A stretch of 64,000 nucleotides of DNA from Xylographa opegraphella. Its lineage: Eukaryota. The notes beneath the pieces are model-generated. The model saw only the letters and a program-made list of their open reading frames with translations. It was not told where the DNA came from and made no database searches. Each line of letters begins with the position of its first letter. The stretch's first letter is position 1. This document shows positions 37,978 to 49,600 of the stretch, piece by piece. A program made the position numbers and the translations under genes. The stretch is taken from the NCBI GenBank assembly GCA_022813865.1, contig JALDZX010000019.1, positions 62,001-126,000 of the forward strand, given 5' to 3'.

Positions 37978-38428
37978 ATGACAACAGTGCTAGCTGTCGG
38001 TGTCGGCGTTGCGGCAGCAGCCTTTCTAGTATGTCTCACTCCGACTCTTCCCCTCTCCAAGCCGCACATAACAGTTCACAACTGACAAATTACCTTAGGG
38101 ACGTGCTGGATTGGTCGCAATGCGCAAATACCGCGCTGGAGCCTCCGGGGTTGCTGCACTGGGTAAAGCGTTTTACAAAGGGGGTTTCGAGCCCAGAATG
38201 AATCGTAGGGAAGCTGCACTCATTCTTCAGCTAAGGTAAATTCCTGATGCTCTCTGCTGTAGGAAGACAAGCTGACATGTTCACCAAAGCGAGAGGACGC
38301 TTACCAAAGAGAAAATCCGGAAAAATCACAGGCAACTTATGCTTTTAAATCACCCAGATCGAGGCGGCAGTCCTTATTTGGCCACGAAGGTCAACGAGGC
38401 GAAAGAATATCTGGAGAAAAACCAATAA
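37978..38428 (+). CDS. PAM18: Mitochondrial import motor J-protein Pam18/Tim14 (3 exons; absent from the ORF track)
   Basis: [28 protein letters not shown]...[63 protein letters not shown], including the HPD motif. Confidence 0.95.
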
Positions 38429-38951
38429 TTCTTGGAAAGTGGTTGGCATTTTCTCTGCATAGCGAAGGCGTCTGCACATCTGTATCACGATGGGGCTATT
38501 ATGGAAGGTAACTAATTTTGAACGCTCGACCCTACTCATCACTGTATAATATGTACTTGAGACGGCTCCACGATCCTACGTATGAACTTTCAGTTCATAA
38601 GTTCGACAGAGGCGATTCGGCGATATTGACCGCACTGTTCACAAGTTGCCTGTGCAAGATCCTCTGTTCTTTACTATTGGAAATTTTTGTAAAGATAAAA
38701 ACAATGTTACTACATTTTGAGTTTGCTCACGTGTTGACTGGTAGAAAACTTTTGCGAGTGATGCTAGGTTACCTGTGAATGCACCCGTACCATAGCACGC
38801 TACCCATTGCCAGCCTGTTCTCGAGCAACCCTTCCGTCTATCTGGCACAGCATCAGTAATAAAGGTCATATGTAGCGCTAGCATACATCCTCAACGTTCA
38901 ATAGCCACGGCCTTTGGTTACCTGAAGATCTGTTCTGGTGATCCTTACACA

Positions 38952-39692
38952 ATGAGCTTTTCACCAACACCTATTCCTGAAAGTGCAGTTCAAGCTCCTA
39001 GCAGTTCGAGTCAGAGGTACAAGTTCATGCTCATCAACTGGATGAAACTGACAGAATACAGCAGTTACTATGGAAGTCCTATCATCAGTGTCGTCGTTGG
39101 GACTGGTCATCACAGCGTGACATTCAACGTGCACCGCGACCTAATATGTGCCGAGTCTAATTACTTCTCTTGCGCTTGTTCAAAAATGTGGCTGGTCGGA
39201 AATAGCGTGATTCTGCCAGAAGACGATCCAGCACTGTTCAGACGGCTGTTGGACTGGCTGTACTCGAAGTCGTACACAGGGCACCTGGACGCTTTGCCTA
39301 TGGGCACTGAAGTTAGAACCTACTTTCTTCTTGGTGTACTTGCCGACAAGTTACAAGTCTCAAAGCTCATCACTCAAATGGGAGATTGGACGGACGCACA
39401 GATCAAAGCAATCCCGGGTTACCACACTGTTGCAATTTTCAAAGTCAAAGGGCTTGAAGCACAATATGTGTACCAGAATACCACGCCATTGTCCAGATTA
39501 CGTGTTTCTCTCACACGGATGGTTGCAAACGAGATAATGACATACGACGCAAAGTACTGGCAGAAAAGAATGAGGGAGGATTCTGAATTCGCGTTCGATC
39601 TCGTGGCAGCTCTCAGGTGGAGGCTGGAATCTTCCAATTTTGTTCTCCAAGAAATTGAGAGTCACCGAGCTGGTGGGGGCCAGTCTGTTTAA
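38952..39692 (+). CDS. BTB/POZ domain protein
   Basis: IISVVVG...TFNVHRDLICAESNYF...VILPEDDPALFRRLLDWLY...LGVLADKL; a possible in-frame intron at ~39017-39061. Confidence 0.82.
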   Translation: MSFSPTPIPESAVQAPSSSSQRYKFMLINWMKLTEYSSYYGSPIISVVVGTGHHSVTFNVHRDLICAESNYFSCACSKMWLVGNSVILPEDDPALFRRLLDWLYSKSYTGHLDALPMGTEVRTYFLLGVLADKLQVSKLITQMGDWTDAQIKAIPGYHTVAIFKVKGLEAQYVYQNTTPLSRLRVSLTRMVANEIMTYDAKYWQKRMREDSEFAFDLVAALRWRLESSNFVLQEIESHRAGGGQSV

Positions 39693-39997
39693 TTGAGGAT
39701 CCCCGAAAGAACTTGGCCTATCTACACTAGTGCCAAACCTTGACATGACACTCAAGGTAGGTAGTCTTTGCATTGATTCTTATGGATAAGGAAGAAGTCT
39801 ACCGTGGCTGGCACTGCCTGAAGATTATAGACTGACTGATTTCTCCTGCAGTTTTACGTCTGTAAGCCCTGGCTTGTTCAACTGAATCATAGTTATTCCG
39901 ATCCTGTGGCGATATTGGTGCCTGACAGAGGGTTTTCGTGAAGCTATTGAATCCCAGCAATAGCCGTCAATATGAGCATATTGATATGAGCTTTGTT

Positions 39998-41261
39998 CTA
40001 TTTTCCGCTGGTCTTGTCTACAATTCGCTCTATCAGTCGCGCAAATTCTTCCCTCTCTTCCATTGGCAGCACATGACCACGATCTTTAAAGAAAACAGAG
40101 GTCACTCCAGATCCCTCTCCGCCAAGTTCCTTGACCAGCATCTCTCCGTGATAGAACGTGATCATTTTGTCTATAGTTCCGTGTATCACTTGAATACGCT
40201 CTCTTCCTACCTTGTCGCCAATCCCCTGCAACTGTTCGGGACTTTTGTGGTGCCACCCTGCCGCAATTGCTTGCAAAGTAAAACCCTTCCGCGTGAAAGC
40301 CTCAGTATTCCGCCTTTTCTTGATTTCTTGCGCGGCAAATCTGTCACCATTCGTGGGGAAGTTACCATCGGCATCAGGCGCTGCAAGCCATTCTTCACTG
40401 AACAAGCGGGCTTTGATCTCTGCCAGCTGAACATCTGTGTCCTTCGGTATGCTGCAGGCATCAGTGAAAAGACCGAATCCTGCTAATACGACTTACAAGA
40501 GATTAATACGCTGTCTGAGATTCTCTACGAAACCCTGTTCGACCATGAGCATGGCTCCACACAAGACACGACGAGAATTACCTACCACTGTATTGACAAG
40601 GCGTGAAGCTGTTGACACGAGAGACAACGAGGCTATTCGGTTGGGTTCTTGATATGCCTACTCCTTGTATTATTTTTCCGTTTGACACTCTTATGCTGGA
40701 GACGGAAACTTACCATCTCCTGAGCAATCATGCCGCCCATGCTGATTCCAATTACGTGTAGTTGCCGTTCAGTAGTCCAGCCTATATGATTTAGAAGCTC
40801 CAAGACATCTGTGGCCATCTCGGAGGTAGAATATCGCATGAGTGGCTTATCTGACTCCCCCATGCCTCGGTTGTCAAATATCAGACTTGAATATTTAGTC
40901 CCTTGATCGTGACCAAAGTCCTTTGTCTGCCGCTGCCAACCACCCATCATAGACCCAAGCCCCATGATCCACTATACATGAAGACGTCAGTCTCCGACTG
41001 CGGCCTTCAGCACACTCTGTGACTTTTCGACATCAAGTTAGTCCTTACCACGAGGCGTGTCGGGCCATTTCCATGTATTTCATAGGCAATATTTATTGGT
41101 CCACCACGACCTTTGGCAACTCCTACGGTGCCCTTTTCGGAAGGCTCCAGATCCCAAATAACCTTCTTGTATTCGGGGTGGTTTACAAGCTCTTCGGCTG
41201 TAAGGGGCGGCCTGCAGAGAAGTCAGACCGCAGACTGGGTGCAACGGCTCAGTGCCCACAT
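39998..41261 (-). CDS. Alpha/beta-hydrolase fold protein, multi-exon
   Basis: INIAYEIHGNGP, WIMGLG, FDNRGMGESDKP, HVIGISMGGMIAQE, VIHGTIDKMI, GHVLPME. The start codon is apparently split by intron 41212-41259. Confidence 0.88.
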
Positions 41262-41865
41262 GTTCTTTGTCGTAACCTAGCAAGGCATATTTCGGACTTC
41301 GTGTCCTTCGTACTTGGTGTAACTACAAGTAATTATATATTGATTGTATTGATCGCCCAGCCACTGGTCTATCTAACATGCCTAGGCTAATCCGAGCTCG
41401 TTAATTACATCGAGTAATAGGAGGGCAAAAAAAGCTTCAGGGGCGCCGGATCCCTAGGAACATGACGGCGATAGCGAGCTAGCCCCTCCATTTAGGGGAC
41501 TTTCTCCCTAAGTGACTATTTTCTACGCAAATGGAAAAGTCCGACTCGCAACCGGAGATAAGACAATCCGCCCTGTCTCCGACTCTAACGCTTGATGATG
41601 CTACCGCAACGCTGACCAATTGTATGAAGCCGTCAGACTGGAGCCTACGGCATACGATACATGCCGCAGGATCCAGGGAAAAAGTCGTTGGTTTTCTGAC
41701 GGAAGGAAGTAGTACATTTGCCCAGCGTCCACAGAAGCAACCTTCTGTTCTTGTAATTGCCTTTTGACTCGTCCAGTGACCTTGCGAGTTATGAAACCTC
41801 AGTCAATGAAAATAACTGCAACTTGACGTCTTTTCAGGAATCACGAGCGACTGGACTCATTCAAC

Positions 41866-44800
41866 ATGGACTCATATTCGCAGCCTCAGGATGACAGTTC
41901 ATTTGAAGTCCCACTGCTTACGAACCCACCTCCCCAAATCTTCGGCGCATATCCTCCAGCATCCCCATCTTCGATCCCATATAATTACTTCGGAGACGAT
42001 CAAGGTGATGGCGGGGAGGATAGCAACGATCCCAAGAGGAGGAGAATCGCAAGGGTACGAGAAGCACCCCTTGCGCGAAGAGAGACATCAAGACTGATCA
42101 GTATATACTAGGCATGCGACATGTGCCGGAAAAAGAAGATAAAATGCGACGGGAAGATGCCAGCGTGCTCGCATTGTATCAATTATAAGACGGAGTGTAT
42201 ATTCACCCAGGTGGAGAAGAAAAGAAATCCCCCGAAAGGGTGGGTCTGATCCAGCCATTGTGGATGCTTGAGGTAGAGATGCTGAAGCAGATAGCAGAGC
42301 CAAGTATATTGAAGGGCTAGAAAACCGCCTGGGACGTATGGAATCACTTCTGAAGCTATCCGGCTTACTCAATGAAGAAGACGGAGACAGAACAGATTTG
42401 GGAACCCTAGAGAAAAGGCTGGCTGATAAGACCCTCAACCAGAGCAATGGAGGTACACCTTCGAAGTCTCCAGCTGTCAACAACTCTACCCCTCAAGCAA
42501 GCGCATCATCAGACTCCCGGCATGAAACCCCGCAACGAGAGCGAAGAGCAAGTCCCAAGAGTACTGTGACCTCACCAGAGACCGGAAAGCGGAACGAAGA
42601 AGAAGTAGAGGCATTGTCAGACTTGATGTGTTCGTTGGTGACCAACAATCAGGGAGAAAGCCGGTATCTCGGTATGCCTGCACTGAAATATGCAGAAACC
42701 AATCCGCTCACTTGCTTAGGTTCATCCTCCGGTTTCTCTATTTTCTCGCCGAAGGGTATTCAATGGGTCAATGAGAAGACTGGGGACAACTCTTTCCAAG
42801 AAATGATATCCTCCGCTACGCATGATGATACTAAATGGGTTTACTGGAAGCCTGAATTGTTCAGTGATATATTTCAACGTCGTACATACATGCCTTTGCC
42901 GCCGTACAACGAGGCTTTATCATTACTGAAGGACTACTTTGAAAATTTCAACTGCATGTTTCCCTTGTTTCACGAACCAACGTTCATGCACCTTGTTCAA
43001 AGGCAATATTCTCGAAACCCATACGAAGGTTCTGGCTGGTGGGCCAGTCTCAACGTTGCTCTTGCGATTGCTCATAGATTACGGGTCATGAGCAACTTGG
43101 TGCCGCAGGAGGAGGACAATAAGGCTTCGGCATTTTTGAAGAATGCTCTCGGAGTATTGTCAGAATTGACTATGCGGAATACAGACTTACTCAGTGTCCA
43201 GGCCCTGCTTGGGATGGTGAGCTGAGCTTGAAGGATTTCATGGGCACGAGGACCTACTGACATAATTCTCCAGGCCCTTTTCCTAATGGGAACTCCTAAC
43301 CCACAGCCATCATTTTTCCTTGTGGCCGCGGCCGTACGTTTGGCACATGCAATTGGTCTTCATAAAAGAGGAACGGCATTCAATCTCAACCCGATCGAAG
43401 CTGAACAACGCAAGCGGGTCTTCTGGATTGCTTATTTACTAGACAAGGAGTACGTATATACTGCAGGGCTAAAGGAAATTGCTGATCATTGTAGCATCTG
43501 TCTTCGATCAGGCCGACCGCCTGCCCAAGATGATAACGACATGAATGTTGAGCTACCAAGCGAAGATCCGGGCGACAATATCGGTAACATTCCACTGGCT
43601 GATGGCAAAGGAAAAACAAACCTGTTCCGACTTATGTCGACATTTGCCGTCATTGAAAGCAAGGTTTACAACCAATTATACTCTACAAAGGCCTCGCAGC
43701 AATCGGATGGCGAACTCTTGAATACGATTGGGGAGCTTGATAAAGAGCTTGAGGAATGGAAAGATGCGATCCCGATAGATTTCAGACCTGAGCACGAGAT
43801 CAAGGCCTCACATACACCCTTAATTCTTCATGTTGTTGTCCTACATTTCGCATACTACAATTGTCTCACCACTATCCACCGAATGTCAGTCCATCACGGG
43901 TATTGGACTAGTCGTCTCTCCAACTATGCTATTCAGGGCCTCAACGCACGACCCTTGAACCCTCGAGTGTTCTCCTCGGCTGCGTTATGCGTCCAAGCCG
44001 CTCGGGCCTCTATACAGTTGGTAAGATATGTTCCGCAGGGTGATTTTGCCTGTGTCTGGTGAGTGTATGTTCTATAGAATGCTTTCATCTGCTAACTCTA
44101 CCAGGATGATCCTGTACTATCCTGTGTCGGCCTTGGTCACACTCTTCGCCAACATATTACAGAACCCACAGGACGCAAGAGTCCGGTCCGATATCCGCTT
44201 GATGAACCAGGTCGTCAACTTCCTCTCCGTCTTGAGCGTGGACGAGGAGACGCACAGCATCAAGCGTATGCTCAGCGTCTGTACCGAGTTTGAACGCATT
44301 GCGAAAATCGTCCTCGATAAAGCAGACAAAGAAGCCCATACGCGCCGCAAGCGCAAAAGCCCCAAAGATGCCGACGAGCAACCAACTCAACAGATACCCG
44401 AAAAGCGACCTATGCCACAATCCTCGGAAGCCCCTCCCATGACCTCGCCCACTTTCGCATTTAACTCTAACTTTAGCACCGATCTCCTCACCCAACCATT
44501 CCACCCCACTCCAAACGGCTACCCCTCGCCGAGCTCCACGGCGGACATGCCGATCGTCACGGATTTCATGCCCGGCCCAGGCGACTTCCCGAACATGATG
44601 ACCGATTTCTCGGACATGCAGCAATTCGGCAACCCGAACGTCGGATCACCACTGAACGTGGGCTCCTTCCAACAGCCCTTCGTGCCCCAAGACTTGTGGC
44701 AGATGCCTATGACCCTGGAGTGGGACTGGGCTGACCTTCAGGGCGGGAACAGTTACCCCGGTCTCGAAGGCGCAGGACACGGCCCGATGGGCTTTCCCAG

Positions 44801-44876
44801 CGGCCAGGGCCAGTCGCCGCTGATGAATGCCAACGACGGGATGGGGCAGAATAGCTCGCCGGCGCAGCCGCGATAA
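41866..44876 (+). CDS. Zn(II)2Cys6 transcription factor with Fungal_trans domain, multi-exon
   Basis: [64 protein letters not shown]...[15 protein letters not shown]. Confidence 0.93.
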
Positions 44877-45530
44877 GACCTCGGGACGGCGGGAGCGTTC
44901 TGTGAAGGTCCACGTGGATATGCGATACCTGAAGTTGAGAGAAAGCAAGCATCATCACGGGCGTTCTTTCTGGCAAGGGACGGTTGGACTTTAATGACAG
45001 CACCCCGGCCGTTTCGCTGGCTGATGGGGTGGAAATGTATATTAGGCCCGGGCCGGGCACATATTTGCCTCTCCGTCTGCTTCTTCGCCTTCTCTCCGCC
45101 CTATCTCCATCGCCGACCATCTCGCTACCATCCATAGCTGGCCATACCACCGTCAAGACCATTGCATCCACCGCCTTCCCAATCCCCTTCCAAGCGGTTA
45201 CCACATCCCTCTCACAAGGCCCCAACCCCACACGGCCCCTCCCATATTGCAGCCTCTGCATCCACATCCATGCCCACTTTTCTATCCCAGTCCCCGGGCT
45301 CTGGACTAGGAAAAACACAACCGCGACGACAGAACCATGGCGGAAGCTCTTCACATAGCTGGAGGTATCGCCAGCTTGAAAAACTGATTCTACTAGGTAA
45401 AAATTACCGTATTCTGAAGAGCACATTGTAAATGACGTCAAACGTATATGTACGCTAGGTCGATCCGCAAAGGTAAGTCTGACATTTGTATCCCACAGAA
45501 CTGAAAGTTAAATAATGCACATTTTACCAA

Positions 45531-45927
45531 TTAAAATTCCTCCATCTTGTACACTTCGTATGCCGGCTCCTCATACGGATGGGCACTAGATATTCCGTCA
45601 GAGCGTCCCCGCTGTAGGACATAAAAAGTCACACAAAATCTCACCTTATCAGGGCGTCGACCGCCTTCCTAACCACGTCCTCACCCAAACACAGTGTTTC
45701 AACCCTGGCCTCCTTTACCTCTTCCCGCGCGCCCACGCGCCCGATACTTGGATTCGCCTTGTCTCCAGGGCGGAATTGACCAATACCCATAGCGGTCCAG
45801 TAGCATTCTGTGTAATTCCTGGGCCGGGGTAGCGACCTGCACCCGCATCAAAAATGGCGGTCTTGCAGGCTTGGAGAGCGGACTCGGGTACGAAGAAGAC
45901 GAGCTTGAAGCGAGCTACGGTCGCCAT
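45531..45927 (-). pseudogene. Small NIF3/YqfO-associated PII(GlnB)-like domain protein with a 1-nt frameshift as assembled
   Basis: MATVARFKLVFFVPESALQACKTAIFDAGAGRYPGPG, then after a shift at ~45816 NYTECYWTAMGIGQFRPGDKANPSIG...EARVETLC...AVDALI|SAHPYEEPAYEVYKMEEF*. One intron (~45588-45645). Confidence 0.75.
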
Positions 45928-46662
45928 CTCAAAATTACCATCCTTAGGTCGGATGATCACTTTGCCTCAGTGCCTTAGTCCCGACGCACTATGCCCCTGC
46001 GGGTTAGTGCCTACGCTTACTGGCAAGTTAGCGCTTGCTCCTAACCTGCTAGTAAGCAAAGCACGAGCACTAACCCGTAAGGGCTTAGTGCGCAATGTCC
46101 GAAGCACAGAGGCAAATGATCACTATGCCGAGGATGATATACAATAACGTCAAAGACTTCCATATTACTCGTACTGTGTCTGAATTGAGGAATAGAATAT
46201 CGGCGATCAGCCCAAATCTGTTATGTTAAACTAGTGAAATCTGAAGGACCTTGGCAGTAAATAATTATTGCTTGGTCGGGTCTTCCAAAACAATGCCAAG
46301 AATTAACCGATTCCTTCAATTTAACAGAACAGATTTTAGCAAAACGTCTCTAGTGTAATTTACTTGCAGTGGCTGACGGACTTGTGGCGCAGCCTTTCCC
46401 TTCGTGCGGGCAACTCGGAACACAAGATTTATAGAGGCCGGCAATAGTCCTACAAAAAATTCTCTTGCGAACATGCAGAACTATTTACGACCACAGTTAA
46501 GGCTTTATCTGACAACCTATCCATTCCATTGGCTCTAGTTCAGCGCTGGAACGCCTACACTGTCTCTGTGCAATGTCCTGTCTGCACGAAAATTCACACT
46601 CACAGTCTCGGTGGCAGCTATACCAGCATCTTCCGCACCGAAACCTTGCTTACGAAGGTGAA

Positions 46663-49600
46663 TCAATCACCGCCAAAGACTAAAAGGCTTTGAACATTGA
46701 TTCTGCCAAACCCACGTTGGCGCAACACTTCTCGGCCACGATGAACCGGGAACTCGGCCACGACCATGATGCTGACATCCTCCGCGTCGATGCCAGCCTC
46801 ACCTAACAGCTTTAAGACCGCACAAAGCGTCTCGCCTGTAGAAAGCACATCGTCCACGACCACCACTGACGCGCCTATGGGCACTACATTTCGCTCCATC
46901 TCGACCCGCTTCTCTGTCGGATCATTGAATGCCAAAGACGAGATATACGACGCCGGTTTACTGAAAGAAACTGTGGGTGGGGGCAACTTGCCAGCTTCGC
47001 GAATCAGCACTAAGGGCACATCGACCCGCGAGGCCAACGCCGACGCATAGACAAAGCCGCCGACCTCGCAACACGCCACCGCATGGATTTTGGCCCAGTC
47101 ACCGGTGAAGTGCGTTTGGAGCAGGAGCGTGCACAGTGCCAGCCCACCCGGCTGCTGTGAGATGCCAAGCACGTGGCGGAACTCGATACCCAGGCGTGGG
47201 AAGTCGGGTATTCGATGCACCATATTGGCCAGTCGCTGCAGGTCCTCATGGAAAAGGGGAAGCAAGTTATTTTCGGCAAACCTTACTGCCGCCTCGTTTC
47301 CGGCCGTATCATTGTCGAAGATGAAACTGGGGTGGTAGTTCAAGGCCGTCAAATAGGACTCGTTAACATTTCTGTCCTCGTTGTCATCACTCTCACCGTC
47401 TTCGCCATTGCACGCCCGGCGGATCCGCCGCGTCTGCTCACTAGCTTGGACGTGAACTTCGAGTAGCCTGCTGTCTGGCACCAAATGCGAGAAGGCTGCG
47501 ACCGGTGCCTCGTCTCTCATCCCAGTGATCATCAACACGTCCACATCTGCGGCACCGTATACCACGTTCAGGAAATGCTCCTCTGGCAGTCGAGGTCGTT
47601 GGCGAACCTGTCCCTGGAAAAATGCCGTCAGCGCTGGGCGGTGTTGCTCCTTGTAGGCACGGTCCCGAAGCAGGCGACTCAAGTCAGCACCAGTAGCCGC
47701 AGCGTAATCCCGCTTGGTCGCATCGCTTATGCTGACTACACGCGCCGTGAGGCTTTTGTGGGCGTATTCGGTAAACACAGAGACCCAGACGTCGGCGCAA
47801 TAGTCCTTGCCGGCGCAGCTTTCGCCCGTGACGAGAATGATAAGCTTTGGATCCATCGGCTTTTGCGGGAGCGGGCAGGCGTAAGCTAGCACATCATGCG
47901 GGTCCATGCTGCGTTTGAGACGGGCCAGGCGCGGCCGGTTCGGTCCGAAAGCCTTGGTCGCTAGCGCAGCGTCTCTAGGGTCCGGCCCGAGGTCGGCGCC
48001 GTATACTCCGCTACTCAAGGACAACAAGTTCTCGGCGACATTGTACACCCACCGCACGGTAGAGCGTGCGACTTCTGTGCCATCTTGATCGCGGGGCCAG
48101 ACACCGGTTATCACGCAGGCAAAGTCCCAGTCTCGACAGCCAAAAGCGGTTGCATCGGCCGCAATTTTGCCAACCGCTCCGCCCCCTTGCAGCAGATGGA
48201 GGTAGCAGAGTGGTGAGGGACGAGTCTCAACGGCCATTATCAAACGGTCAGCGACATTCGCTTCTCCGATGCGTTTTAAAAACAAGCATCGCTTGAATGA
48301 AGAGGTCTTGCCGCCGCTGTGCCCGCCGTGCATTCCGGACACGTACATTTCGGTTTTGAACAATCCGACACCGTCCACGGCCTCGGGATTTTCTTTCAGT
48401 TCCGAAAATGCACCTATGTGCGTGGGTGTTGCACAGGTGAACCCAGTCGTGGAGGCCTCGATCATGGTTACGCCGAGATGTAGCTGCCCATTGTCCCAAA
48501 ACAGATATGCGTCTGCAGAACAGTTTGGGGCCAGCTTCTTGGCGACGAGTTTATCAAACTCGCTGAGCCTTAGTCGCGCCTCGAAGCTGCCATTCAGCGG
48601 GACAACGCAGTTTCTGGTTAAGTATGTCGGAGCCGAGTAAGACTTGAAAGTTACGCTGACCACGATTCCAAAGTTGGTCCCGGCGCCTTTCATCGCCCAC
48701 AACAGATCCGATTCGTTTTCTGGGCGAATGGCATCAGCAGGCTGGTATTGATTTGGCACATAACCGATGCAGAGAACCTGGCTAGAGTCGACGCTGACCA
48801 CGACAGCACCGACAATGGCGTCACATGCGAGTCCGTGTAACCTTGCCAAGTGTCCAATACCGCCTTGTAGACACAGTCCCACACCTACGCTTGGGCGAGC
48901 TCCTAAGGGTACTGTCAGGCCCGCCGCCATGGTTTGCCGGACAATATCGCCTATCTTGCAGCCGGCCCCGGCCACGACCAAAGAACAAGAATCGATACCA
49001 AAATCTCCTCCATACTCCCCTGCTGTTATAATGTGAACCTGGTCAAAGGCGCCCATGTCGACCGAGACCACGTTGGGCCAGAGAGAGTGACCACTATGAC
49101 TCCCCCCGATGACGGTCAGGTTAACCTTATGCCTCAGAGCCCATCGAACGCACTGCTGGACGTGTCGAATCTCTGTCGGCCTCATAATAGAGGCGGGGTT
49201 GTGAAAGCGAGCCTCCCGGTTCTTAATCGTCTTATCCCCCTTCACCAATGGCACCTGCGCCGTCAGCTCCGGTAACGTGGTGGCATGTTGGGTAAAGGCC
49301 GCCATGATGTTAGGCGAGCTGAACAAAAGATGGTCTGGATGGGCTTCCTCGCGATGGCCCAAGGCTCGGCATTCTTTACGCCAATTGACGCGCATAGCCT
49401 CGTCTTCGTCCACATTCTGCATGATAAACCCAGCCACGAAGGGAGCAAAACAGTCCAGTACTTCATCGTCATTCGCCACGCGAACGACTCCGGTAGGGAA
49501 AGAAGCCGTTCGATGGCACACCAAGCCGTCGAGGTGCAGAGCCCCATCACGATGGAAAACCGCCACGATCCCACCTTCAACAAGCATTTCCAAGGCCCGT

